Positions 1-9,366 of a stretch of 64,000 bases of DNA are shown here, one piece after another. Source of the DNA: a virus; the IMG/VR virus record IMGVR_UViG_3300010883_007299, positions 1-64,000 of that record. One strand, given 5' to 3'. The first letter of the stretch is position 1; each line of letters starts with the position of its first letter. A model generated the notes under the pieces. It saw only the letters and a program-made list of their open reading frames with translations, searched no databases and was not told the origin of the DNA. Made by a program: the position numbers and the translations under genes.

Positions 1-124
1 CCAGTAGCATTAGGACATCGAGTTCATCGCCTTTTTCGGTATTGCGTGTTGCGCCCCATAATTCATCAATACGGGTTAGAGCTTGTTTTAGCTGTGTTTT
101 ATTTTTAATCGGATTCAGTTTCAT
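1..124 (-). CDS. HigA-like antitoxin/transcription regulator N-terminus (partial, runs off window)
   Basis: Not in the ORF track. Manual translation from ATG 124 gives MKLNPIKNKTQLKQALTRIDELWGATRNTEKGDELDVLMLL, matching the HigA-type N-terminal pattern (PI..Y..AL..I..LW.A...T.EGDELDVL). Confidence 0.7.
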   Translation of the reverse strand, partial: MKLNPIKNKTQLKQALTRIDELWGATRNTEKGDELDVLMLL

Positions 125-219
125 TGTATTGATCTCAAATATTAGCAATATCCTTTATTTCATCCTTGTAAATCTTCCATCACATGGTATATTTGCAAGC
201 ATGCTTGAAAGAATACTTT

Positions 220-1470
220 TCACCGACCCACTTGTTCTAGATACTTTTCTTTAGTATCATCCCAAGACTTATATATTAGATCATCATAAAATAGTGATGT
301 ATTACTAACCTTATCATTTCCAATAAGAGATTTTATTCTCTTACTGGCATATTTATTCTTCCATAGGTCAACCAAATATTCTGTAGATGTATCAAATCGT
401 GGTATTAATTTATCATCTGTTATCTCTTGACGTAAAAACTCTGGAGTATTTTCATAGAGGTGTGAAAAATAAATACCACGTTGGTGTTTAGACTCTGTAT
501 TTTTTATCTTTAGTTGTGAATAAACAAAGCCCAACATTCTAAACTTATGGTCTCTCTTATACTTCTGTCCTTTATCGTTCAATGCAAACCATAACTCCCA
601 ATATCTAACTGGATCCTTTTTATGAACCCAATCTCTAATTTTATAGAGTGTTGGTCTAGTAGGTTCAAACACCACCTTACCAGTAGTCTTGCCCCTTTTA
701 TTCCAATGTCTTAGATTATTATACTGTGAGAAAGACCCATACAAGGATGTTGTAGTAACACCTACTAGAGTTTGGCCATACCTCTTCTTCCATGTGTTCT
801 GAATCTCATCAGACAAACACAATAGAGCAAGTAGTTTGCCGCCCACATAGTTATACCCTAAGGGTTGGGTTGGTAATATACTAGAGCCAATTGCAGTATG
901 CAATAACATTCCACCATTACGTTGTTCTCTAGTCCAACCAATAAAATTATCTCTCGGTGTTAGGTCTATAAAATCTGATGATATAGTAACAACGCCAAGA
1001 TACTTGCCGGTGGGTTTATCAACCACCAAGTAATACATATTTCTACCTATATTATTATGATTGCGTTGTGTATGGCACAACGTTCTTATAGTCTGGAACT
1101 GTTCCAACAACCAATCATTATAGTCTGTCAGAATTAACTCTGGTTCTAATTTCAGATAATCTTCCGGAGATTCTGGCATCCATATCATAGACTTTGCTTT
1201 GTCTATAGTATGTTTCTGTTTACTCTCTACCAAATGTTGCTCTTGGCCAAATAGAGTAGACACTTCCCTAGTGGGGTATTTTCTTTGTATCTCACACCAC
1301 TTTTGGTAGAGTACATATTCCTGGACAGACATAGCTGAAACATACTCCAACTCAGTCATAATAAGTTGGCGTAGTTCGTCATCGCTAAGACATTCTACTT
1401 TATTCGGGTCGTTATTTTCTAACCACTTTTCGTAGTCTTGTCTTAATCTATCGTTCCATGCATCTCTCAT
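220..1470 (-). CDS. DUF4338 / Druantia DruA-like protein
   Basis: Motifs GRNMYYLVVD..TGKYLG, RDNFIGW, P.GYNYVGGKLLALL and TTTSLYG..SQYN resemble DUF4338 proteins. Confidence 0.65.
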   Translation of the reverse strand: MRDAWNDRLRQDYEKWLENNDPNKVECLSDDELRQLIMTELEYVSAMSVQEYVLYQKWCEIQRKYPTREVSTLFGQEQHLVESKQKHTIDKAKSMIWMPESPEDYLKLEPELILTDYNDWLLEQFQTIRTLCHTQRNHNNIGRNMYYLVVDKPTGKYLGVVTISSDFIDLTPRDNFIGWTREQRNGGMLLHTAIGSSILPTQPLGYNYVGGKLLALLCLSDEIQNTWKKRYGQTLVGVTTTSLYGSFSQYNNLRHWNKRGKTTGKVVFEPTRPTLYKIRDWVHKKDPVRYWELWFALNDKGQKYKRDHKFRMLGFVYSQLKIKNTESKHQRGIYFSHLYENTPEFLRQEITDDKLIPRFDTSTEYLVDLWKNKYASKRIKSLIGNDKVSNTSLFYDDLIYKSWDDTKEKYLEQVGR

Positions 1471-2402
1471 TTAAATTTACACTGACTCATAATCTCTGTT
1501 AAACAAGCTAAAAGATTAATCTCTTGGTCAGCCACAAACGCTGACTTATATTGATACTCACCTATTGTAATAACGGCAGACGGTATAGTGCTGGGATCCA
1601 TATTATTATAAAGACTATCGTAAACCTTACGAAATATTTTCGTGGGGTCGTTGTCAATATTATCGACCACCCATTTACGAACTTTTGTAAACTCTTTCAT
1701 CTTTAGGTGGGTTATTAATTCTTTCATATTGACTTCTGAAAGATTAACAAGAATGCCAGAGTCTATTTCACCCGACACACTATACCGCTGCAATTCGTTA
1801 ATCACTCTCCGATTATCCGGAAAGTGTTTCATAATTAATTCTGCTACAACTTTGTTTTCATACTTAACATTCTCTTTATTAAGTATATCACCAACTCGTT
1901 TCATCAACTCGCTAGCCATCTTATCACGACTACCATTCAACTTAAACTCAATGACTGAACACCGAGAATGTAATGGCTCTATGATTCTATTCTTAAAGTT
2001 ACAGGTAAAAATAAACCGACAGTTACGATGGAATTCTTCTATGAACCCACGCAATGCTGGTTGTGTTGATTGTGGATTTAAATAATCAGCCTCATCAAGA
2101 ATGACTACCTTTGTTCCACCCTGCAATGATACAGTAGATGCAAACTGTTTTATCTTTGTTCTTAGAACATCAATACCAGATTCTTCACTACCATTTATAA
2201 TAATATAATCAGAATGTAATTCTTCACACAGAGCTCTTGCCACCGTGGTCTTACCAACACCAGGTCCACCTGACAATAGAAGATTAGGAATCTCCTTATT
2301 CTTTACGAATTCTAAAAACGTTTTCTTAATTGATGGTGAAAGAATACAGTCCTCAATCTTTTTCGGACGATATTCCTCCACCCATAGGATATTTTCCACC
2401 AT
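1467..2402 (-). CDS. gp44: Clamp loader large subunit (T4 gp44-like AAA+ ATPase)
   Basis: LWVEEYRP, Walker A GGPGVGKTT, Walker B VILDEAD, sensor HSRC. Likely start ATG 2402. Confidence 0.95.
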   Translation of the reverse strand: MVENILWVEEYRPKKIEDCILSPSIKKTFLEFVKNKEIPNLLLSGGPGVGKTTVARALCEELHSDYIIINGSEESGIDVLRTKIKQFASTVSLQGGTKVVILDEADYLNPQSTQPALRGFIEEFHRNCRFIFTCNFKNRIIEPLHSRCSVIEFKLNGSRDKMASELMKRVGDILNKENVKYENKVVAELIMKHFPDNRRVINELQRYSVSGEIDSGILVNLSEVNMKELITHLKMKEFTKVRKWVVDNIDNDPTKIFRKVYDSLYNNMDPSTIPSAVITIGEYQYKSAFVADQEINLLACLTEIMSQCKFK

Positions 2403-2589
2403 CTTCTGGATTCTCCACATTGTACTCTGATTTTTTACCACACCAAGGACAGAAAAACTCTCTTGAGTTTATTCCTAAGTCGGCATATAAATGATCTAGG
2501 TCGTTTGAAAAACCACCCATCGCTATACTCCACCATAACTTACACTCCGGGCAAGTAAAATGATAAAGTATTTCTATACTGTTTGACAT
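2353..2589 (-). CDS. Small zinc-ribbon protein
   Basis: CPEC and CPWC pairs; abuts the upstream pilin gene. Confidence 0.6.
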   Translation of the reverse strand: MSNSIEILYHFTCPECKLWWSIAMGGFSNDLDHLYADLGINSREFFCPWCGKKSEYNVENPEDGGKYPMGGGISSEKD

Positions 2590-2883
2590 TTATGAATCAC
2601 AAGGCACCTCTACTGTACCTGCATCACCAAGAACATAACACTTACCACCACCCGGTGGGGCGGCAGCTGCGGTAGTTGTACTTGCCATGGTTGTGCATTT
2701 TGGTAGATCAGACTCTAATGCACAATCTAAAACATCTATTCTGGACTCTGATAACAAGGCTGCTTCTTGAGCCCTGACAACATAGCCTTGATACATAGGT
2801 AGTGATATCGTGGCAAGAATGCCCATAACAGCAACTACTATCATCAATTCAATTAAACTAAACCCACCATGGTTAGTTTTCAT
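2590..2883 (-). CDS. Miniature type IV prepilin-like protein
   Basis: Class III signal [34 protein letters not shown] with Glu at +5; four Cys in the short C-terminal part; AGGAG ribosome-binding site. Confidence 0.88.
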   Translation of the reverse strand: MKTNHGGFSLIELMIVVAVMGILATISLPMYQGYVVRAQEAALLSESRIDVLDCALESDLPKCTTMASTTTAAAAPPGGGKCYVLGDAGTVEVPCDS

Positions 2884-2896
2884 TACAAGACTCCTT

Positions 2897-3541
2897 CTAG
2901 TCTACTGTGGCCTCCATGGCAATCCAATAAGATGCCACTTTACCTACCCAATTAGAAATCTTAGCAGTGGTTGAAATTTGCACACTATAATCACCACGTA
3001 CCATTTTAAGATTCTCTGATTTGAAATGAGCTGTAAACTCTGTACCTGAATGAGTTCCTAAATCTTCAGTAAAATTATTAGACGTAGAATTTTTTAAATC
3101 CGTTGCTGTAATCTTACCATTACTTAAAACTACATCAGGTAATTGCATCACTGCTGATGCTTTCAATACTTTATCCAAAACTGTTTGTGAAAGATCAACT
3201 GTCACATCACACTCTGGCGGATTAAAAACTTCAGGTGGAGTTGTTAGAATGGAAGGATCAGAATACATATATCTAATCTTTGTACTACCACCATTAACTA
3301 ACAAGTACTTGTCATTATCAAAATTGAGTTCTGCATCTGATGCTAAGGACAACACACCTAGAAACTCATTCAAATCATAAATGCCAAACTCTGTTGGAAA
3401 CGACTCTGAAACATTTGCTTCAGCCAAAATATTTTTCATTGTTGAAATTGTGCGGAGTTGATTACCCTCTTTCACCATAATGTTTTGATTGATGGTGGAA
3501 AAATTCTTCAACACACTTACTGTTTCACTACTTAATCTCAT
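2897..3541 (-). CDS. gp45: Sliding clamp (T4 gp45-like)
   Basis: [32 protein letters not shown]-terminal YWIAME. Likely start 3541. Confidence 0.95.
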   Translation of the reverse strand: MRLSSETVSVLKNFSTINQNIMVKEGNQLRTISTMKNILAEANVSESFPTEFGIYDLNEFLGVLSLASDAELNFDNDKYLLVNGGSTKIRYMYSDPSILTTPPEVFNPPECDVTVDLSQTVLDKVLKASAVMQLPDVVLSNGKITATDLKNSTSNNFTEDLGTHSGTEFTAHFKSENLKMVRGDYSVQISTTAKISNWVGKVASYWIAMEATVD

Positions 3542-3812
3542 CTTCACTCTCCGTGTCATGTATATGTAACATGATTATACCATAATGTAAAATTTTCATA
3601 AGATCGACTCTACTCTTTCCGTTCTTACGCCCATATCGTTGAGCATACTTTAAAATATTGCCCATACAAAAACCTTCACCGTGACCACAATCTTCTATGA
3701 ACTGTGTAGCCTGATACTTACGTTGGGCATAATGCTTATCATAAGTACCATCCACATATTTTTGTAATTCACGGATAACTTCATCTTCACTAAATGCATA
3801 ATTAATTGTCAT
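3528..3812 (-). CDS. DUF3310-like protein (T7 gp1.7-like nucleotide kinase family)
   Basis: HY...GFCMGNILKYAQRYGRKNG...DLMKILHY signature. Confidence 0.7.
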   Translation of the reverse strand: MTINYAFSEDEVIRELQKYVDGTYDKHYAQRKYQATQFIEDCGHGEGFCMGNILKYAQRYGRKNGKSRVDLMKILHYGIIMLHIHDTESEDEIK

Positions 3813-3817
3813 ACTAT

Positions 3818-3846
3818 ATTATCTCATAGTTTTAAACAAATGTCAA
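3818..3846 (-). promoter_or_regulatory. Sigma70-type promoter, probably giving a leaderless transcript
   Basis: TTGACA-N17-GATAAT with extended TG; ATG of the next gene is 5 nt after the -10 box. Confidence 0.75.
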
Positions 3847-3850
3847 GCGG

Positions 3851-3927
3851 AAAATGTGGGGTGAACAACCTTGGACTCTCTAGGTGTTTTGGTGTGGACC
3901 CTTGGTCGTATGGTTGTCACCCCAACA
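3851..3927 (-). ncRNA. Putative structured RNA / terminator-like element, copy A
   Basis: Stem TGTTGGGGTGACAACC / GGTTGTTCACCCCACA around a ~40-nt loop, followed by TTTT; loop motifs shared with the element at 15151-15260. Confidence 0.5.
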
Positions 3928-3932
3928 AACAA

Positions 3933-4415
3933 TTACTGGATAGAAATTGTCCGAGGTTTCTTTTCCTCTGGAATGACTCGTTCTAAATGAACGGTGAGCA
4001 TACCATTATCCATCTTAGCATCTTGTACTACCACATCGTCAGCCAAAGTCCAACTTCGACTAAACTTACGGTGAGAAATACCACGATGTAAAAGTTCACC
4101 ATCATCATCGTTGCTCCGAATACGGAAGCCTGAGATATCCTCCGACTTCTTCTCAACACTACGAACAGTCAAAACACCATCAGCCACTTCAACTTCCAAA
4201 TCATCCTTAGATAACCCAGCAAGAGCCAACTCAATAACGAAATTGAAGTCATCGTCTTGACGGATGTTATAGGGTGGAAAGCCAGAGTTTGTCTGGTGTA
4301 GAACATAGTGGTCATGTAACCGATCAAACATACGGTCAAAGCCAACTGTGTAGGGTGATAATAGACTCCGATCAAACTGATCGAATATATTTGCGATTGC
4401 TCTAGTTGTTACCAT
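3933..4415 (-). CDS. hsp20: Small heat-shock protein (Hsp20/IbpA-like)
   Basis: FPPYNI, IELALAG, HRGISHRKFSRSW, NGMLTVHLERVIPEEKKPR. Confidence 0.95.
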   Translation of the reverse strand: MVTTRAIANIFDQFDRSLLSPYTVGFDRMFDRLHDHYVLHQTNSGFPPYNIRQDDDFNFVIELALAGLSKDDLEVEVADGVLTVRSVEKKSEDISGFRIRSNDDDGELLHRGISHRKFSRSWTLADDVVVQDAKMDNGMLTVHLERVIPEEKKPRTISIQ

Positions 4416-4476
4416 TTTTAGGTCCTCCTTTTACTTCAAGCAAGGTTTAATGAAAGGCCCCAAAGGCACCTTTCTC
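4416..4476 (-). promoter_or_regulatory. ROSE-like RNA thermometer in the hsp20 leader
   Basis: Hairpin GAAAGGTGCC...GGCCTTTC, then CCTTGCT able to pair with the SD AAGGAGG; U(U/C)GCU opposite the SD is the ROSE hallmark. Confidence 0.55.
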
Positions 4477-4480
4477 CAAG

Positions 4481-4518
4481 TATTTATACAGCTTAACACA
4501 CTTTAGGTGGTTTGTCAA
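4481..4518 (-). promoter_or_regulatory. Tandem sigma70 promoter and T4 late promoter for hsp20
   Basis: TTGACA (4518-4513)-N17-TAAGCT (4495-4490), then TATAAATA (4488-4481). Confidence 0.8.
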
Positions 4519-5549
4519 CCCCCATAACTCTCCAATAACCAATTAGAAAATTGATTATTAATTAAATGATCTGCCTTATCATAATTCAAAATATCACTAG
4601 ACAACAAATTTAATTCCACTTTAAGAGTTTGTACAATATGTTTTAATTCATCCGTAGATAAATTCCAAATAGATAGATGTTCTGGATATCTAATGGTATT
4701 ATACCAAAGATCAACATTCTTTTCACCACACCACTTAACATAGTTAACCATTTCATCCCAATTATTCCTCATTGGATTCACCATAACACACAACCCAAAA
4801 GGAACTTCTTTCTTTCTATTTTCACTATAATTTTGTTTATTAATATACTCTAAAAAGATTTCAAAATTCTTCATCAACAAATCAAAATCACCATTGATTC
4901 TAATATCCTCATAGCGTTCTTTAATCAAACTATCAATACTAATATTTAAATATACGTTACAACTATCTAATAATTCTTTCACCCTATCATTATACACTGT
5001 ACCATTTGTGGCTATATTGATTTTTAAATCTGGTTTCAATATAGAAACTGTTTCACAAATCTCAAAAACTATCTTCTGTGCTAATGGTTCTCCACCATTA
5101 AATCTCAATTCTTCCAAATGTGGTATAAATTCTTCTAACTGTTTAACAAACGTATCATCATACATCATAGGCATTGGAGGCAATTTATCTCTATTCTTCC
5201 TTATACCGCTACTTAATTTTCCATTGCACATTATACATTCAAGGTTACATTGATTACTCAACTCCAACTCCATCATTGTTGGATACTTTGTAACAGAATA
5301 GGGTTCGTATGCTTTAGATAATGACCAAACATTATCATCAATATTTTTCTTACATATTCCACAAGGGCCTTCAAAAATATTATTAGATAAATCGTTTCGG
5401 AGTTTCTGGAACTTATCACCAAACCAAATATCACTAATAGAATTATCTTTACTCCATATCTCCTTCATATCCACAGTCAACCAACACGGTGCTACTGTAC
5501 CGGAGGTTGTGAAATACATATTATTAAATGGGGCTTTACAACTAGTCAT
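4515..5549 (-). CDS. Radical SAM protein with N-terminal SPASM/twitch-like domain
   Basis: CNLECIMC motif and NGGEP; N-terminal C...G.VAPCW...CGIC. Confidence 0.85.
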   Translation of the reverse strand: MTSCKAPFNNMYFTTSGTVAPCWLTVDMKEIWSKDNSISDIWFGDKFQKLRNDLSNNIFEGPCGICKKNIDDNVWSLSKAYEPYSVTKYPTMMELELSNQCNLECIMCNGKLSSGIRKNRDKLPPMPMMYDDTFVKQLEEFIPHLEELRFNGGEPLAQKIVFEICETVSILKPDLKINIATNGTVYNDRVKELLDSCNVYLNISIDSLIKERYEDIRINGDFDLLMKNFEIFLEYINKQNYSENRKKEVPFGLCVMVNPMRNNWDEMVNYVKWCGEKNVDLWYNTIRYPEHLSIWNLSTDELKHIVQTLKVELNLLSSDILNYDKADHLINNQFSNWLLESYGG

Positions 5550-5934
5550 CTTTTACTGTACAATTTGTTTTACAACACGGACTAATTTTTTCAGGATCAT
5601 CCCAAGACTCAGGTAAAGTTTTTGTATACCATTCGGAATTAATAATATCTTCTAAAGGTTTATTAAAAACATTATACTCATCTTTATTTTTATTATAATT
5701 CATCATCACTTTGTCTTTTGATGTATGATAAGCAGCTCTACCTATATCTACTAATTGATCTTCTATACCATAATGTTTTTTTGGTCCCCATTCTCCTTCT
5801 GGTACAAACACATTACCATAGAGATATAAATTATTTGCAAAATAACAACAAGGCAAAACTTGGCCATCTGGATTGACCAACAAACGCTTTGTAGTCATCC
5901 ACTCACACTTTATATTACAAGCATTCTTCTTCAA
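5542..5934 (-). CDS. Stand-alone SPASM/twitch-like Fe-S domain protein
   Basis: C...LLVNPDGQVLPCCY...CCKTNC; TTG start overlaps the upstream radical SAM gene. Confidence 0.75.
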   Translation of the reverse strand: MKKNACNIKCEWMTTKRLLVNPDGQVLPCCYFANNLYLYGNVFVPEGEWGPKKHYGIEDQLVDIGRAAYHTSKDKVMMNYNKNKDEYNVFNKPLEDIINSEWYTKTLPESWDDPEKISPCCKTNCTVKDD

Positions 5935-6721
5935 TTTCTCTCATTTGATCCAAATTATTTAAATCAAAACTCCTACAATAAAAATTTTTACCTGGCAAAT
6001 TTCTAACAGGTTTCAAAGTTTGTTTACTATCTATACTAATATCAGCTCTAATTAAAACTTTCTTTTTATCATTAGCATCTATAAGTGTAAATTCTCTTTT
6101 ATCTGGATGCCACCTATCAGATAATACATACCGTATTTTTTTCGCACCCTTCTTCTTACATATCTTAGCAATATCATATAAACTATTTTGATTATGTTGA
6201 AAGACCACACAAAATACACTAGTTGTTGATTCTGTAAAGGATAAAACTTCCATATTATTTAATATTTTCTTTAGATTTGTATTTTGTCTATAATGTGAAT
6301 GTTGTTTTTGTGTTGTACCCTCTATATCAAATATAATTTCTAATCTCTTACCGCCAAGAACACCCAAATTCCACCACCACTCTGTATCTCTGATACTACC
6401 ATTAGTGTTGATTTGAATCCATGATGAAGAATTTTCTATGATATACTTAACAATATTAAATATATCCTTATTCATTATAGGATCACCCCACGTACCACAA
6501 AGATCAAATCTTTTGATATGTTGCATTGTCGTTTCGGGAAAAGCTTTTACAAATTCTTCAAGAGACCATTGTATAAGAGGAAGCCAATCTACTTTATCAA
6601 GACCATTAGGATTTGTTCTGTGACACTGAGGACACTTAGCATTACAGTGGGTCGATATATCGAGCCACATTATTAGATCACGTTCTCTATAAAGTTCTGT
6701 GTAATCTAAAAAAGTATCCAT
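5915..6721 (-). CDS. Radical SAM protein lacking the SPASM domain
   Basis: CNAKCPQC motif, CGTWGDP, INTNGS. Confidence 0.85.
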   Translation of the reverse strand: MDTFLDYTELYRERDLIMWLDISTHCNAKCPQCHRTNPNGLDKVDWLPLIQWSLEEFVKAFPETTMQHIKRFDLCGTWGDPIMNKDIFNIVKYIIENSSSWIQINTNGSIRDTEWWWNLGVLGGKRLEIIFDIEGTTQKQHSHYRQNTNLKKILNNMEVLSFTESTTSVFCVVFQHNQNSLYDIAKICKKKGAKKIRYVLSDRWHPDKREFTLIDANDKKKVLIRADISIDSKQTLKPVRNLPGKNFYCRSFDLNNLDQMREIEEECL

Positions 6722-7089
6722 GCCATTATCAACCCCAGGCCACCGTACATAAAAATTCTACCGATGTTGTTAAAGAAAAAAGAATATGCTCTTATAGCTT
6801 TAAGATTGCCAGCAGTATCATGTATCTTCATCGCCCTTTCTAATTCTGTTCTAACAACAAGTGGTAGTGGTCGCATATCAACAGTCCATTCATCCCATGT
6901 CTGAATATAATCTATATAAGATTCTTTATAGGCTGTCTTATAAACTCTCTCTGGATCCCAATCTTCAAGCCAAGCCAAAAGACTAATGAAATCGTGGTCT
7001 GCCATAGCTTTATAATTCGGTATCTTCTCCGGTAGCACATCAGACAATTTTACAGCGACTTGATGTAAAACAGATTTTCTATTTAACAC
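6706..7089 (-). CDS. Hypothetical protein with C-terminal membrane anchor
   Basis: Overlaps both neighbours; hydrophobic C-terminus IFMYGGLGLIMAWILF. Confidence 0.6.
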   Translation of the reverse strand: MLNRKSVLHQVAVKLSDVLPEKIPNYKAMADHDFISLLAWLEDWDPERVYKTAYKESYIDYIQTWDEWTVDMRPLPLVVRTELERAMKIHDTAGNLKAIRAYSFFFNNIGRIFMYGGLGLIMAWILF

Positions 7090-7654
7090 TCTGAATTCTC
7101 CTTGGTGTTTGAGCTTTTGCTAACAGTCTACGTTTCTTCTTAGCACGTTCCAAATGGAACCTATTGGCTTTTTTATCCATAGTTATACCCATTAGATGGT
7201 CATATTCGTGTTGAATAATTCTAGATGTAATGCCTTCAAATTTTTCATTAAAAGGATTACCCTTCTCATCTTCCCACTTCATAAAAATTGTAGTTGGTCG
7301 TTTAACTTCTACTGCTAGACCTGGAAAACTTAAACAACCCTCTACCATATATACTTCATCACCTTCATAATGTAGAATGTCTGGGTTGAAAAAGGTTTGT
7401 TGATATTCTTCTGTACCTTCAGTTGAAAAGTTACTCATACCAATACACATAACCCTAGTAGACAAACCAATTTGGTTTGCCGCCAATCCAATGGCGCCAC
7501 CACCAGCTCTAAGAAATTGCAAACTCTCACTGAGTTCTTCTGGGTCTACAATTGGATTTTCAAAATCAAATTTATCTGCAACCTTCTTTAATATAGGATC
7601 ATTTTCTTTTACTAAAGATTTAAGTCCACCAATATCTTCAACTAATTTTGTCAT
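7079..7654 (-). CDS. def: Peptide deformylase
   Basis: All three motifs present: GLAANQIG, EGCLS, QHEYDH. Confidence 0.95.
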   Translation of the reverse strand: MTKLVEDIGGLKSLVKENDPILKKVADKFDFENPIVDPEELSESLQFLRAGGGAIGLAANQIGLSTRVMCIGMSNFSTEGTEEYQQTFFNPDILHYEGDEVYMVEGCLSFPGLAVEVKRPTTIFMKWEDEKGNPFNEKFEGITSRIIQHEYDHLMGITMDKKANRFHLERAKKKRRLLAKAQTPRRIQSVK

Positions 7655-9366
7655 GTTGTCATCCGTGTAAAATTCTGCATCTTTTCAAATCTAATTAAAT
7701 GGTCAAACTTATCTACATTCAAGTCGGACTTATGTGATATGATAAAAGTATTTTCATTACTTAAAGTATTTAGGATCTTCAAGAACTCATCTGTACCATT
7801 CACATCCAAACTGCTGTCAAATATCTCATCAAGTATTAATAGATTGGTGTTGGTACTATTCTTCATCTTGGCTATCTGTCTCCATGTAAAAAGAAGAGCC
7901 AAGTCTATTCGCATCTTTTCACCTTCACTAAAATTGGCATAACTAAACTCATCTCTATGTCTAGATTTAATCGTTTCATTAAACTGTTCATCTAATTCAA
8001 ACTTGACTTGAAACTCCAGCTGATTCAAAAAACTGTTTACCAACTTATTCATGATAGGTAGATACTTCTTAATGATCTTGGTTTTAATTCCAGAGTCCTG
8101 AAGCAACTGTTTCGCAATGTTGAGGTAGTTGGCTTGGTCTCCAATCTTTTCTTTTTCCTTCTGCAACTTCTTTAAATCATCACGGTACTCCAGTAACCGT
8201 GTCTTATCTTCCTCAAGAAAAGTTCCGGCCTTCTGTATATCATTTATCTGTCTCACTACCTGTTGATTAAAGTCCATAATAGATTCTATAGATGCTGTTT
8301 TCTTTGCAGTATCAACTTCATACTCCCTATTATCATTAGCGATCTTTTCATACAGACCAGTTCTAGCATCCATCTCTTTCAACTGTTCATCCAAACGCAC
8401 TAAAGAACAAGCACTGATAATCATTTTATCTGTACGTTCTTCTATTGCTGCACTCTTAAACTCCTCATCTATGTCTTGTTTACAAGTTGGACAGTTATCA
8501 TTATTTTGAAAAAACTCTATATCTTTTTTCGCTGTAGCCGATTTAAGGTCCATTTTATATTTAATATTATTCAGTTCAGACTTATCACCTTCCAATTTCT
8601 TTTGTTTGGGTAACACATCTGTTTCCCACTCTGTTATCAATCCTTTTAAAGAATTTATTTCTTTCTCCAACACAACCATATCATTTTGGTTTTTCTTCAC
8701 CTTCTTTTCTAGAGATTTAAGAGATGTCTTACTTGCATCTTTGGCTTCTATAATTTTATCCTCTTGCATTTGAACTTTATGATCGAGCATACTATTCTCA
8801 TAAGAAATATCTTTTAAACGTTCCTTATTATCCTTCGACCTCATTTTTAGAAGTACGTTCATCAGGGAGAATATCTTAATATCTAAAATCTCTTCCACCA
8901 CTTCACGCCGTGCAGAAGCTGTCAGTTGCATAAAAGGAATAAACGATGATGAACCCAATACCACCACTTGGGTAAACGACCGATGGTTTAATTTCAATAT
9001 GGTATTCTCTAGATGTTTCTGATAATCTCTAGCAGAAGCATCTTGATTTAAAAGTTTGTCATTAATATAAATCTCAAATTTGTTAGGTCTAATACTACGT
9101 CTTATTAAAAACTTCTTACGTCCTATAGTAAACTCAATTTCAACTTTACAATCCCGACCATTGACACTATTGACCAATTGATCCTTCTTAATACGTCTGA
9201 AAGGTTTACCAAAAAGTCCAAACGTCAATGCATCCAATACAGTAGACTTACCGCTACCATTGTCACCTATAACAAGAGTAGATGGATGTTTATTTAAATC
9301 TATTTGTATGGGTGTGTTGCCAGTTGATAAAAAGTTTTGCCAAGTTACGCTTTTAAATATTATCAT
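7651..9366 (-). CDS. gp46: Recombination endonuclease ATPase subunit (gp46, Rad50/SbcC-like)
   Basis: GDNGSGKS, CPTC zinc hook, FSEGEKMRIDLALLF, LILDEIFD. Confidence 0.96.
   Translation of the reverse strand: MIIFKSVTWQNFLSTGNTPIQIDLNKHPSTLVIGDNGSGKSTVLDALTFGLFGKPFRRIKKDQLVNSVNGRDCKVEIEFTIGRKKFLIRRSIRPNKFEIYINDKLLNQDASARDYQKHLENTILKLNHRSFTQVVVLGSSSFIPFMQLTASARREVVEEILDIKIFSLMNVLLKMRSKDNKERLKDISYENSMLDHKVQMQEDKIIEAKDASKTSLKSLEKKVKKNQNDMVVLEKEINSLKGLITEWETDVLPKQKKLEGDKSELNNIKYKMDLKSATAKKDIEFFQNNDNCPTCKQDIDEEFKSAAIEERTDKMIISACSLVRLDEQLKEMDARTGLYEKIANDNREYEVDTAKKTASIESIMDFNQQVVRQINDIQKAGTFLEEDKTRLLEYRDDLKKLQKEKEKIGDQANYLNIAKQLLQDSGIKTKIIKKYLPIMNKLVNSFLNQLEFQVKFELDEQFNETIKSRHRDEFSYANFSEGEKMRIDLALLFTWRQIAKMKNSTNTNLLILDEIFDSSLDVNGTDEFLKILNTLSNENTFIISHKSDLNVDKFDHLIRFEKMQNFTRMTT

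Noticed and set aside
42-254. 70-aa + strand ORF
   Set aside because: It is the antisense shadow of the HigA-like gene and the DUF4338 gene end, with no RBS or promoter.
220-1470. Complete Druantia defence system
   Set aside because: Only a DruA-like gene is present; there is no DruE helicase or other partner in the window.
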